Shown: positions 1-12,859 of the stretch, in pieces | Layout of the letters: each line of letters opens with the position of its first letter | Numbering within the stretch: position 1 is the stretch's first letter | DNA from: Octopus vulgaris | Taxonomy: Eukaryota | Reading direction: 5' to 3' | Assembly: GCA_951406725.2 (NCBI GenBank) | Contig: OX597818.1 | Span: 117,180,001 to 117,244,000 of the forward strand | DNA: 64,000 nt | Translations under genes and position numbers: made by a program | Notes under the pieces: model-generated | Told to the model about the DNA's origin: nothing | The model's input: the letters and a program-made list of their open reading frames with translations, nothing else | Databases searched by the model: none

Positions 1-884
1 TAGAAACAGCCATGAGGATTTTTGTATTGAAGTACGAGATGAATTCCGCAGTACGACCACACAAATATATCTTTAAGGTAATTCAGTTAATAAAACCAGC
101 TTGCATATTTCTTTTGCATTCTCTTTTTCATAATTGACATTTTACCTGTAACTAGAACTTTTCTGTTTTAAATACCACAAAACATTATTTTTGAGTGTTT
201 TTTGGGGGTGGGGTGGGGGCTGGAACGGATTAATTAATTTTATTTAATTTCAATGGGGAAAATTGATTTGTAAACCGAGTAGATCGTAAGACGAACTCGG
301 TCATGGAACAAATTTAACTTGTACTGCGAAGTATCACTGAATTTGCAATGTTCAAGTTGTCTCCCTTCGCTAAGTTTTTTTATTTTTATTTTAACTATTA
401 TGATACATCTTTCTTAGCCAGTTGTTATTTTGGTGAGCCCGCTGAGTATTGATAATATCTCTTCATTTTTTCATTCATACCAGGGTTTCTCTGAACGAAG
501 ACGATATACCTGTTTTCTAAATTCTACGGAGTATATTGTCATGACGCAGAAAAACACCATCAGTGAAATTTATTCGTTTGATTTCAGTATGTTTTTCTAA
601 CTTATATGCTGTGATAAAAATATTGAGTGACTCTAGGGCAAGCAGGTTCGTAGCTTTTCATCAGCCTTTCCGTTCTGAGCTCAAATTCTGCTGAGGTCAA
701 CTTTAGCTTTCATCCTTTAAGGGTCGATGAAATAATAAGTACTAGTTGAACACTGAGGCCGATATAATCGACTTATACCATTTTTCGAACTTGCTGGCCT
801 TGTGCCAAAAGTTAAACCAATATTAAGGGACGCTAAATCTTAGTAGTAAATTGTCCAGTAAAAATATTGTTGTTGTTTGTTCCT

Positions 885-1172
885 TCTCAAGCCTTGCCTA
901 GCTTATAGGGCCGGTTTCCCGGTTTCCTTGGCCTATAGATTCCCCACCTGGACGGGACGCCGGTTAGACGCTGGTGAGCTGCAAGATGCAGGAGGAAAGA
1001 GTGAGAGAAAGTTGTGGCGAAAGAGTCAGCAGAAGTCTGCCATTACCTTCTGCCGGAGCCGCGTGAAGCTTAGGTGTTTTGCTTATAAACACATACATCG
1101 TCCCGTTTGAGATTCGAACCCGCGATCCCTCGACCGCGAGTCCGCTACTCTAGCCACTAGGCCAAGTGCCTC
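885..1172 (-). mobile_element. tRNA-derived SINE, family C variant
   Basis: Reverse strand reads GGCCTAGTGGCTAGAGTAGCGGACTCGCGGTCGAGGGATCGCGGGTTCGAATC (A/B-box tRNA head). The 3' part GAAACCGGGAAACCGGCCC is shared with the copies at 9675 and 18499. Confidence 0.75.
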
Positions 1173-2665
1173 AAGTAAAAATAAATTAAGATGTCTAATT
1201 TAGTGTCAACATAAACAGATCTGTAATAGAAAAATGTTTTAAAATTCAGCATTTTTGTGAACTGTCTTCCAAAAAAGTATATGCTAGAAAATTTATTTGA
1301 AGAGAAAAGATGCATCACCCGATATTCTAAGCATGTTTCTCAAACTAATTCCCATATTAAAACTGAGATATCTTTGGAAGTACTATAAAGTATCGTACAG
1401 ACAGTTTTCGTTTCGGTACATCAAAAACTTATTAGAAGTCGTTCTACACACATTTCTCTGCATGTTACTATTTTGTTTTAGTGTTCATTTTATTGTCTCC
1501 TGTCGTTATGTATTTTCATAAATATAGACTGAGTTTTAAATATGGCTCTATATGCAATTATGTTCAGAAATAAAAAAAAAGTTATATATGACATGATGCG
1601 ACTTTAATATTCGACAAATCGATACCTTTATATATAATTGAACTCGTAGACAGCTGAAAATAGTTATGCAGATCAAAATTGCATATATATATATCTAGAC
1701 ACGTCTTCTCCAACGTTTTTAAGTGTCTATTTGAACCAAAAGCTGTTTATTTTATTCATATATTCTTTGAGAAAAGTTCATAAAACATCCAATACTGGCC
1801 GTTGCTAATATTTACTAGTTGCCTTTTCATATCGCTCTTGTCACTTGCGGGTTGGACAGGTTGCTTTCTAATCTGATCTTTGGATTCAGTGCCCAAGGGA
1901 AGTCAAAAACAAAGCTTAGATATGAGCAACAGTCTAGTGTTACATCATTTTTTTACTCCGATGCATTACATCGATGACATATATTTATCGCTGAGGCGGT
2001 TGAGCTCAGCAAAGAAACGTGCTTCTGAAATACGTTGTTTTCTTTATGATACCAATACGCAGCATCAAAACCGTAATTATTGTACCATGTCTTGGATCTT
2101 CCCAAGCGCGACAGGGAATTTTGACAAACGAACTATTCGAACGGTTCCCGTCTGTTTCGCGTAGTGTATTTAATCCCTCGCTAGCCGTGTGTAAAGCTAG
2201 ACACGTATGAGATGAACATCTGACGAATATTCGGAATAGGTCTCCAGTTTCATGTAATATCATTTCTCTCGGAACGGATGCCCTGAAAAACAGATTACGA
2301 GGACATTTCTTGGTCATCTGACAACGGTGATGAAGAAAGAAATCCGGCAGTAAATATTTGTTTAAAATTTAGGCAAAAGTTTAGTATTTTTAAGTGGAGG
2401 GTTTTTAAATTCACTCAACGCCAGTACTTACTTGGTACTTTTTGTCATCTACCAGAAAAAGATGAACGATAAAATTTTTCTCGGCGATATTTGAATTCAG
2501 TTTGTGAAAGGACCAAAACAATATTGTAACGTTTATTTCGGAATTTCAAGCGATTTTGCTGTTCCATGGTCATGGATTGCACTGAGCAGCATGATAATAA
2601 TATTGTTAAGCATAATAACAAAAAAGATAATATTAATATTTACTTATTTAGTGACAATTTCAGGA

Positions 2666-2735
2666 ATTTTGAAGTTACAGCTTCAGGAATAGGTTAACAT
2701 TAGTTAACTCATTTTTGAAGCTGTAACTTCAAAAT
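2666..2735. repeat. Short inverted repeat / hairpin (MITE-like remnant)
   Basis: ATTTTGAAGTTACAGCTTCA (2666-2685) is the exact reverse complement of 2716-2735, with a partly paired centre. Confidence 0.8.
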
Positions 2736-2943
2736 CATCGTAACTGGAATTTTCTTATAAAAATCTAGAAAATATGAAATGCACTGTTTTCCATGGTGCA
2801 ATCCGACCTCGCAATACTCTCATTAGCAACAACTACAAAGGAGGACCATGGGCTGGAGGTTGGTAAGGCTTCATCCACCAGGGGTAGTAGGAAGTCACTA
2901 ACAAGTGGTGGATGTAGTAGAGCGCTGTTACAGCGCATGCACC

Positions 2944-2984
<41 letters not shown>

Positions 2985-2986
<2 letters not shown>

Positions 2987-3250
2987 CACTCTTGAAATTA
3001 ACGTGCAAGTGGCTGAGCATTCCACAGATACGTGTACCCTTAACGTAGTTCTCAGGGAGATTCAGCGTGACGCAGAGTTTGACAAGGCTGGCCCTTCGAA
3101 ATACAGGTACAACTCATTTTTACCAGCTGAGTGGACTGGAGCAACGTGAAATAAAGTTTCTTGCTCAGGGACACAACGCGTCGCCGAGAATAGAACTCAC
3201 GACCTTACAATTGTGAGCCGAATGCCCTAACCACTAAACCACGCGCGTTC
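2985..3250 (-). mobile_element. tRNA-derived SINE, family C variant
   Basis: Shares the tail TGTCACGCTGAATCTCCC...AACTACGTTAAGGGTACACGT...CTCAGCCACTTGCACGTTAATTTC with 37540, and has a tRNA-like head at about 3190-3245. Confidence 0.75.
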
Positions 3251-3874
3251 ACTCGCAGCAAACTATGTCGTATCTGTGTGTGTGTGCGTGAGTATTTCCA
3301 TGTATGTGTGTGTATTCTCTAATCCTGTCATTGAAGAACGACGTAATGTTCAGTGACACACATTCAGCTCAATCTACCAATGAACTATAATTAGTGTCTA
3401 GCGAAAAGTCTTATTAACTATGTAAGAACATCAGTCACCGATTTCTTTCTAACACGACTATGCGTGGATTAATATGATTATAAATCATTTAGTACATCTA
3501 TCAAATTATCTGTCTGCCAGACGGCCTCTGTATCACACTCTCTCCTTCTCTATCTCTCTCTCTCTCTCTCAGCCCCAGCGTGATTAGTGACAGATAGATA
3601 GACAGAGAGTCAGTGATAGAGACACACGAGCATGAGTGGGATTAGGCGTGTTATACATATGTTCTTTTATTCTTTTATTTTTTTTAGTCATTTGACTACG
3701 GCCATGATGGAATACCGCCTTTAGTCGAAAGAATCGAACTCAGGGTTTATTCTTTGTAAACCTACTACTTAATCTATCGCTCTCATTTACCAGCATCGAT
3801 TGTCAAGCGATGGTAGGGGGCGAGATAAAAAACAGACACAGAAACAAATGCACACACAAACACACTCATTCACA

Positions 3875-3923
<49 letters not shown>

Positions 3924-3976
3924 AGTGAATGGAATAAATGGAGTTGAACGAAGATTGTACAGAATACCTTTTATTA

Positions 3977-4060
3977 CATTCTACACATGTTTCGAAGGCC
4001 ACAAGTTTCCAAATTCTGCTTAAATAAGGGTACCATATTGCGGCTTTCTCTTCAGGAAAA
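3977..4060 (-). ncRNA. Type I hammerhead ribozyme motif (mirror copy)
   Basis: Reverse-complement copy of 4242-4325 within the palindrome. Confidence 0.7.
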
Positions 4061-4241
4061 AAACAGGAATTCCGTTGACAGGACAAAACAAAACAGAGGC
4101 ACAGCAATTCGAACGAAGATGCTCCTTACGAGCCCATGGCTGAACTGTTTAAAACAGTTCAGCCATGGGCTCGTAAGGAGCATCTTCGTTCGAATTGCTG
4201 TGCCTCTGTTTTGTTTTGTCCTGTCAACGGAATTCCTGTTT

Positions 4242-4325
4242 TTTTCCTGAAGAGAAAGCCGCAATATGGTACCCTTATTTAAGCAGAATTTGGAAACTTG
4301 TGGCCTTCGAAACATGTGTAGAATG
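4242..4325 (+). ncRNA. Type I hammerhead ribozyme motif
   Basis: CTGAAGA 4247-4253; stem II GAAAGCCGCAA/TTGTGGCCTTC; GAAAC 4309-4313; helix III AC-ATGT-GT; GUA triplet 4318-4320; short helix I TTC/GAA; AATAAA at 4327. Confidence 0.7.
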
Positions 4326-4604
4326 TAATAAAAGGTATTCTGTACAATCTTCGTTCAACTCCATTTATTCCATTCACTAATAATATTAAACTTCAATTAT
4401 CCGCTCCAACGCACGGTTGCAACACCAAATGGTCTTATCTCCAACCGTGCTGTTTTCCGCTGTGATTTTTGCTACCCAGGTATCGGTTAAACCTTTGAAT
4501 AATCTGTTACAAGAAAATTCATCTTTCTATTTCAACAAATATATATATATATATATGATTTGTGGGCAAAATGGTGAAAGCGTATGGTATATTTCCAGTT
4601 AATG

Positions 4605-5205
4605 TTCGCCGCTAGCCCAGAGAGAAATTAAGAGGCGTTATGACAATATGGCAAGGATTGTCCATTGGACAATTTGCAACAAGTATGGACTTCACAGAGC
4701 AAAAAAGTAATACGGACATAAACCCGAAAGTATCATCGAAAGTGATAATGCAAAGATCCTATGGGATCTTATGATTCAGTGTGACCATGAGATAGTGAAT
4801 AGGAAGCCAGACAGTTTTAAATGAGAAAGAAAACAAACTATGCTGTATCATAGATATAGCATGCACAGCTGACAAGGTATGCCTTAAGGAAGAAGGAACA
4901 GTTGATAGATATGACATGGTAGCTTGGGGACGGGGTTAAGCAGTTCTGGTGGATGAATAAAATGGTAGTAGTACCAATAATTGTCGGAATCCTGGGAACA
5001 GTGAGTAAAAATCTTGAGGAGTACATGTAAGAAATAGGGGCTAAAATAAAAAAAGTAAAGCACTCGCAGAAAGAAGCATGCTTGGAACAGCTAGGATACT
5101 CCGGAAGATGCTCGAAAAATAAGGGATGTTACCTCAGGTCATTGTCTGTAAACACCTGGCACCGTAGTACATCTCCAGCTTTAGAAGCTGTGTAAAGACA
5201 CTGAA
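4605..5205 (+). mobile_element. Degenerate 3' fragment of R4/Dong-type non-LTR retrotransposon (RLE endonuclease region)
   Basis: Manual translation KRRYDNMARIVHWTICNKYG...AKILWDLMIQCDHEIVNRKPD parallels the RHD...LWDF...PD block of the ORFs at 39331 and 46289. Contains stops and frameshifts, and ends in (TAA)n at about 5203. Confidence 0.85.
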
Positions 5206-5221
5206 TAATAAAAATAATAAA

Positions 5222-5265
<44 letters not shown>

Positions 5266-5501
5266 ACATTTTCGAAACATTTTACAGAAAACAACAAGGA
5301 AACCATTTGGAAAATGTATGTACTTAGTTTTAATTGATAAACATATATATAATTTTTCACTCCAATCTGTTTTTTTTCTCTCGAATTTATTGAAAAAGAA
5401 AAAAGAAACAGATTTTATTAAATGACAAACAGTATTTTGTAGAAACAACTCACAAACTCTGAAATAAAGATTATAAATGAGATTACGGTCACTAAAAAAA
5501 T

Positions 5502-5870
5502 ATAGGAGTGGCTGTGTGGTAAGTAGCTTGCTTACCAACCACATGGTTCCAAGTTCAGTCCCGCTGCGTGGCACCTTGGGCAAGTGTCTTTCACTATGGC
5601 CTCGAGCCGACCAAAGACTTGTGAGTGGATTTGGTAGAGGGATACTGAAAGAAGCCCGTCGTATATATGTATATATATATGGATGTGTTTGTGTGTCTGT
5701 GTGTGTCCCCACAAACATCGCTTGACAACCGATGCTGGTGTGTTTGTGTCCCCGTAGAGACCGATAGAATAAGAACTAGGCTTACAAAGAAATAAGCCCT
5801 GGGGTAGATTTGCTCGACTAAAGGCGGTGCTCATGAAACAATTAAAAGAGTAAAAGAGAGAGTAAAGAGT
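5502..5870 (+). mobile_element. tRNA-derived SINE, family B (CORE-like)
   Basis: GGAGTGGCTGTGTGGTAAG...GTTCAGTCCC head, CACCTTGGGCAAGTG CORE-like segment, internal TA/TG microsatellite, TAAAAGAG tail. Confidence 0.85.
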
Positions 5871-6454
5871 ATATATCCTTTGTTTTTCATGAAAATAGAG
5901 TATTTGAAGATTCGCGCAACAATAGAGATAACAATGGCAAAGACAGCTATGCATAAAATTACCCATCCCCGTTCGCTAAAATGGGTACATTGTTTGAGGG
6001 ATGGGAAACGGAATAAACTCCACCACCCACCTCATTATTATTTCACGACAGGCGATGTGGAATGCAGCAAAAGTCGTTAACAAATTAGGAAATACGAAAA
6101 GCGACACCTGGTTGAATAAAGTAGATTTCTACGGGTTGAATGCCTGTTGAACTTCACACATGGACTCGTGGAAGATATCTGCTGTAGCTGGAAGCAGAAC
6201 TGGGGATTTTACTAATCCTGTGAAAGGAAATGTGGAGATGTAGCAGGTAGTGTTGATAATTCCGGCCATTTAGTCAGACAAGATATTTGTGTTTGTTGTC
6301 GATACTTTAGTAGGAGAGACATATAGATGTCACATCCAAAAATCGAATCCCGCCGAGGTCGAATACATACGCTTTTAATCCTTTTGAGGTCGATAAAATA
6401 GGGATTAGCAATGGGGTTGATCTTATCGAATTATCCCCTTCCTTGAACATGAAT

Positions 6455-6550
6455 TCATCATGATGATGATAATCATCATCATCATCGTTGTCGGCATTTT
6501 AAAAATGCCTAATACTATTACTACTACTACTACCACAGCCGCCGCCACCG

Positions 6551-6581
<31 letters not shown>

Positions 6582-6657
6582 AACTACTACTACTACTACT
6601 ACCACCACCACCACTACTACTACTACCACCACCAGTACCATCAGATGCAGCAGCAGC

Positions 6658-6730
<73 letters not shown>

Positions 6731-7051
6731 TGATGATGATGGTTATTGTTATTGTTTTTTTCCCTTCTTTCTTCAAATTTTCTTCCGTTTCTCGCCGAGT
6801 GTTTTCCGTATACCTAGGGCAGGAAACTCATTGTATGCATTCTCAGATTACACACGCAAATTCACAGATAAAATATGTATTTAAAAAATTAATAAAGAAA
6901 TAAATTCATGAATGGATGTTGCTTTCACAGCAATAATACTCTTCTCAGTACATTACTATTATTATTATTATTATAATTATTATTGTTGTTGTCGTTGTTG
7001 TTGTTGCTGTTGTTGTTGTTGTTGTTATTGTTGTTGTTGTTGTTGTTATTT

Positions 7052-7082
<31 letters not shown>

Positions 7083-7110
7083 CGTTATTATTATTATTAT
7101 TATTATTACT
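6455..7110. repeat. Compound trinucleotide microsatellites with an R4-type 3' UTR fragment (about 6755-6845, minus)
   Basis: (TAC)n, (CAC)n, (TTG)n, (TTA)n. TTTCTCGCCGAGTGTTTTCCG...CCTAGGGCAGGAAACTCAT matches the 3' UTR at 39185-39230. Confidence 0.8.
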
Positions 7111-7322
7111 AAAGCAGCGAGCTGACAGAAACGTTAGTACGCCGGGCGAAATGCTTAGCAGTATTTCGTCTGCCGCTACGTTCTAAATTCAAATTTTGCC
7201 GAGGTCGCCTTTGCCTGTCATCGTTTCGGGATCGATGACATAAGTACCAGTTACGCACTTGGGTCGATATAATCGACTAGCCCCCTTCCCCAAAAATTTT
7301 CAAGGCCTTGTGCCTGAGTTGA
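7111..7322 (+). mobile_element. tRNA-derived SINE, family A
   Basis: Diverged match to the family A motif GCGAGCTGGCAGAAACGTTAGCACGCCGGGCGAAATGC...GAGGTCGACTTTGCCTTTCATCC seen in many copies. Confidence 0.85.
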
Positions 7323-7379
7323 ATTAATAATAATAATAATGATAATTATAGTAATAATAATAATAATAATAATAATAGC

Positions 7380-7422
<43 letters not shown>

Positions 7423-7444
7423 GTTGTTGTTGTTTTTGTTGTTG

Positions 7445-7498
<54 letters not shown>

Positions 7499-7535
7499 TC
7501 AGATGGTGGCCTACTGAATAGATAATGCATAGCAA

Positions 7536-7566
<31 letters not shown>

Positions 7567-8358
7567 CAGAATGCCATGCACAATTTTATCACCTACTTTC
7601 ACTTTGAGATCAATTCCCGCCATGGTAGCTTACGTTGATAAAATACGCACCTGTCAAGTACCGGAGTTGAGTTAATCGATTACACCTCTCTCTACAAATC
7701 CATGGCCTTTTGCCAAATTTAGAAACGGCTGTATGTTCGACAGTCTGTATCAGTTCGTTTATTTGCAGGTGCATACGTATGCATGCATGTATGTATAGAA
7801 TTATGTGTGTATTTAGATATAAAGTATTGCATATTGTGCTAAATGTGGGCGACTGTAGCCATCTAACTAAAAATATTGTGATGACGTCAAACGCATATCA
7901 CGTGACTAGAAGCTGAATATCTAGTAATAGCTACTAGTCTGTTAACTCCGCCTTTAAGCGTGAAAAACATATTATAGCCTGCTTCGAACCCATTCATAAA
8001 CTGAAGCACATGTCAAGACACACTTATCGTATTTTAGAAGGAAAGCGCGCGTGCGCAAGGCGTATGTGTATGCGTGTGTATTGTAAACGTATATATGCAC
8101 ACATTCGTACATACATACAACATACACACATACACTTACACACACACACACACACATACACACACAAACATATATATATATATCACAAACACACACGCAT
8201 ACATAGATATTATATACACAAATATTTACAACGTGTATGTGTAAGTATGTATATGTGAGTGCGTGTATGTTTGTGTGTAAATATATATATGCATATATAT
8301 GTGTATATATACCTATATATATATATATATATATATATACGTATATATATATATATAC

Positions 8359-8399
<41 letters not shown>

Positions 8400-9674
8400 T
8401 ATAGTATATTATAATAGTGTGTTTGCGCGTGCGTATGTGCGGATGTATATGTGTGTGTGGGAAGGGTGCACCCGCATTTATATGCATATTTCATTTCGGC
8501 GTTTTGGTGATGACGCTTGTTACAAAGCAATCGCTTTCTTCCGGGTTCGAACCTACTCACCCTCACTTCTTGTGCAAGTATCTTCTTTTATAGCATCGGG
8601 TTAACCAATTCGCTGCAAATGAAAATTGGTTCAAAACACCAATCTGTGTAAAGACTTCAAAGTAACTACTATGTTTATAGAAATTCTTTAGTCTGTTATA
8701 TATGGGGGTGAGTGGGTGCATGTGCATAAATATTGGGTGTATGTATAGAGAGTATATGTTTCTACGTGTGTTATGTTTTGAGTTTTTCGCTTGTGGAAAT
8801 GCTAATGTTGTTGTTTGGGCTACGTCACTTGAAGCCCCGTGGTTTATTTATTACACGAACAGTTAACGATGCAGAAATACCGAACGTAAAGAAGCAGCCA
8901 AGTTCACGTTATCGAACAGAACTTAATACTTCGACCTGCAGCAGACGTATTTATGCTATAACATTCTCCCACTGTTCTGTGGTGCACATTTTTGTACCAA
9001 TTTCGTATCCTACAATAATGTTGATTTCAAATTTTGGCTCGAAGCCAGCATTTTCTGGGAGAGGGGCTAATTCGATTACATAAACTCCATTGCTCAACTG
9101 GTACTTATTTTATCGATCACAAGAGGATGAGTGGCAAATGAATCCCGGCGGAATTTTTAACTCACCGACAAAATAACGCTAATTATCACTGTGCAACAAA
9201 TTTCAGTTTAAAAAAAAGTACAAGTTAAGTAAGACTTGTTTCTGGGTCAAAAAATTGTCCTAATTCTGATTCTGACCTTTATTTCTCCAGATTAGGCACC
9301 GTTTTCCTGTACCATGAATCATATGTTTTGTAATATACTGCATAATATTGCGTATTGAACACAACATTGCAAATACTAAAAGTTACAAAAAACAGAACAA
9401 AAATTTAGTTGATATAACAAAACATATATTGGTTATGAATTAAGAACACACCTGTCAGTTTAAACACCTTTTGTCCTTCTAAGCCTCTTGTGCGGAGTGT
9501 GGTCGTCTTTTTTTTTATACCCCAACAGTAGTCTGCTAACATGCCAGGGTTCCATTTTCCTTTGAATCGTCGTTCCATCACAGAAATATCCGCGGTGTGA
9601 CTTAGAAAGAAAATTCTCTCAGTAGATTGATAAATTCAACAATTCTTTATTTACTTCTAGTAATATATCACCTG

Positions 9675-9952
9675 TGGAGGCGCAAAAGCCTAGTGGTCAG
9701 GGCAGCAGACTCGCGGTTTCGATTCCCAGACAGAGTTTTGTGTGTGTTTATTGAGCGAAAACACCTAAAGCTCCACAAGTCTCCGGCAGGGGTGGGGGTG
9801 GGGGGGTTCGACCCCTGTTGTACTCTTTCGCCACAACTTTCTCTCTCTTCCTGTTTCTTGAGTAACGCTGCCATCATGGACTGGCGTCCCGTCCAGCTGG
9901 GGGGAACATATACGCGACAGAAACCGGGAAACCGGGCCCATGAGCCTGGCAG
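9675..9952 (+). mobile_element. tRNA-derived SINE, family C
   Basis: GGAGGCGCAA..GCCTAGTGGTCAGGGCAGCAGACTCGCGG head, collinear with the copy at 37540. Confidence 0.8.
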
Positions 9953-10182
9953 TTTTTCTTAATATATCACCTGCGATGTTTGTGCAAGCGCCACACCTCA
10001 GGTAATCATCGTAACGTCCTTAAAATTCGGCACCCCTGCGGCAAATATAATAAAAAAAATATCCATCATCACCATTACCACCTTCGTCATGAATGTATTT
10101 CTTATAGACATCATTGTCTTCGTTAGGATAATCATCAACCTCCTCCTCCTCCTCATCATCATCATCATTATCATCATCATCA

Positions 10183-10234
<52 letters not shown>

Positions 10235-10246
10235 TATTATTATTAC

Positions 10247-10279
<33 letters not shown>

Positions 10280-10455
10280 ACTGAAATTGGTATCACGAAG
10301 TAGTATTGACTTTTAACTGTAAATCTGGTTCATTCATGTGCAGAAAATGTAACGGAAACTCCCTCACTACACCGTTGGATTTCCACTATGTATCGCAACC
10401 TTATCAAGCCACATGTATGAGTATATTATATATCTACTTATATATAAATATATAA

Positions 10456-10529
<74 letters not shown>

Positions 10530-10533
10530 CTAT

Positions 10534-10569
<36 letters not shown>

Positions 10570-10595
10570 CCATATATGTATGCACACACACACAC

Positions 10596-10646
<51 letters not shown>

Positions 10647-11944
10647 CGAATATATGTATTACTACATATATTCGTATACACCCTCAACCACACACATATA
10701 TATATGTATATATATATACACACATGCGTTCACACAAACACACACACACCTAAATACACACATATGCGCGTATAAAATTCTCTGAGAATGCATTTTAGCT
10801 ATTTTTTTTCTAAAGCAAATTTCGTGACGAAAATGCAACCCATTCCCAATATGCCACATATTTTCTTCATCTTCGTGTCTCGATATATTTTATATATATA
10901 TATTCCCTTTCGCTTTTTTATTACTTTATTTATCACAGTCGAAAATACTTCTTTCCACTATAAATCTGTTATTCCTAGATATGAATGCCTGTAGAAAAAT
11001 GATTGAATATGTCAACGCCTTACTTTAATAACTTTTACTGTCGTAAATAAAACGCATTATTTCGAGAATGCCATTGATACTCGTATCAATTGACATGAGA
11101 CCATATAAGGATTAGCAGCAGCTTTGCTGTTGCTTTGGTCGTTGTTATTACCGTTTCGTCTTAACCCTGTGTCAAATGTTGTTAAGTATAAATGTGATAA
11201 AATGCAATCTTTAAGACCTTCATTCTAAGACAACGTTGTTTCCGGTTTGTTCGTTTCCAAGCCAACTTTGTATCATAAAGTGGTAGTGATAGTCGGTCGT
11301 GCCTTCGTACCCAACAGGTGTTCTACAGGTGTGCTATGTGTGAGAGGCTGCATCTGGCTGGTTTTGAACATAAAACATGTAGAATATTTGGGCCTGGTAT
11401 GGCCAGTTGAAATGCTAAAAGTTTAAACATATAAACAGTATATATTTTAGATTCGAGGAGGCATCATTTGCTGCAGCATTTGATTTCATCCTGCTATTAC
11501 CAAATTTCAATTGATCCTGCTATTAAAAAAATTCAATCATTTTCCAGTGTTTCCGATTCGCTTTTATTTTTTATTGCCGGAAGAAAGGTAATTGAAAAGC
11601 CAGAGTTGTCGGAATTTAGGAAATATTTCCCGCAGGTTTAGAATTCTTTAGTTTTTGGGATTATACACCACCGAGGTCATCATTGCCCTCAACATTTATG
11701 CCATTGATCTCATCAATCAATTTATGCAAGCAATTTCAGTAATGAACTCACTGCCTTCAAAATTGCAGGCCTTGTGCCTATATGGTTGTAATTAATGTAA
11801 TTATTGCTACTTTTCACAGTTTCAGCTTATTTCAACAAGGATGTTCTTTCCCGAGCAAGATATCTTCCCTATTACCTACATAGGAATCTATATGTACTTT
11901 GGTGAACTCCACGCAGTCTTCCATTGATATTGATTATCTTCTTG

Positions 11945-11993
<49 letters not shown>

Positions 11994-12015
11994 TAATGAT
12001 AATAATAATAATGTT

Positions 12016-12569
12016 GTGATGCAGTATCAGGCAGTGGCTGTCGTGGTTTCTGATCTTAACTGATTGGAAGTGTTATCATGTACATTGTTTTGTCTGTGTA
12101 TATAAGATGGGCTACAGCAAATATTCTGCTCAATACCACAGATTTGCTTTTCAGTTGATTGACCTTAACCAGTTGAGCATGTCCCTTAGTGGCTGACGAT
12201 ATGTGCATCTCTGACCACGAGCAGAAGTAGTGGGGGAGCATCATAGCCATGTGTTGAGAGGGATTTTTTGGGGTTTGAATAATTCCCCTCTGGAAACATG
12301 GATGTTTCTTTCAACATCCTTAAACAACCCTAATTCAGTAACCTTTTGAGCGGGATGGGTTACTCGACCAGAAGAAAATTCTAACTGGGTCCCAACTGCA
12401 AGGTCATGTGCTGTTGATCTTGATATGAGATCACCATGTCATGCACACATATGGTTGTGATGCATGTGCCTAGTGTATCCTTATCAGACGGGCAGTCATG
12501 ATGGGCATACTGGGCTTCGTACATTCTAACGCAGTGTCACTTTGATGGCATGCACTGCTCTCTCACTGA
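12016..12569 (+). mobile_element. About 550-bp non-coding element flanked by (TAA)n, copy 1
   Basis: Collinear with 47398-47938 from TGATGCAGTA to GCATGCACTGCTCTCTCACT. TAA arrays on both sides. Confidence 0.85.
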
Positions 12570-12653
12570 ATAATAATAATAATAATAACAACAACAACAA
12601 CAACAATAATAATAATAATAATAATGATAATAATAATAATAATAATAATAATA

Positions 12654-12738
<85 letters not shown>

Positions 12739-12859
12739 ATGGTGGTGGTGGTGATTATGGTAGTGGTGATGGTGATAGTAGTTGTAGTAGTGAACACAGA
12801 CCCGAACAAACAATGAACATGTTGGCTTTGTGAGTCATCAATATACCCTTGAGTTTCAA

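Larger units (their letters stand above)
3916..4540 (+). mobile_element. Palindromic non-coding element with hammerhead ribozymes (Penelope pLTR-like), inserted in (TA)n
   Basis: Inverted repeat 3916-4150/4152-4386 centred on 4151 (the mirror-image ORFs confirm the symmetry). One-sided tail to about 4540, (TA)n on both sides. The tail shares TTTGCTACCCAGGTATCGGTTA with the element at 44645-45035. Confidence 0.8.

Noticed and set aside
1880-2340. Overlapping 60-100 aa ORFs in a slightly GC-richer patch
   Set aside because: No recognisable domain or splice structure; cannot support an exon or TE call.
3922-4380. Identical ORF pairs on opposite strands (61 aa and 87 aa)
   Set aside because: A by-product of the palindrome; no recognisable protein motif.
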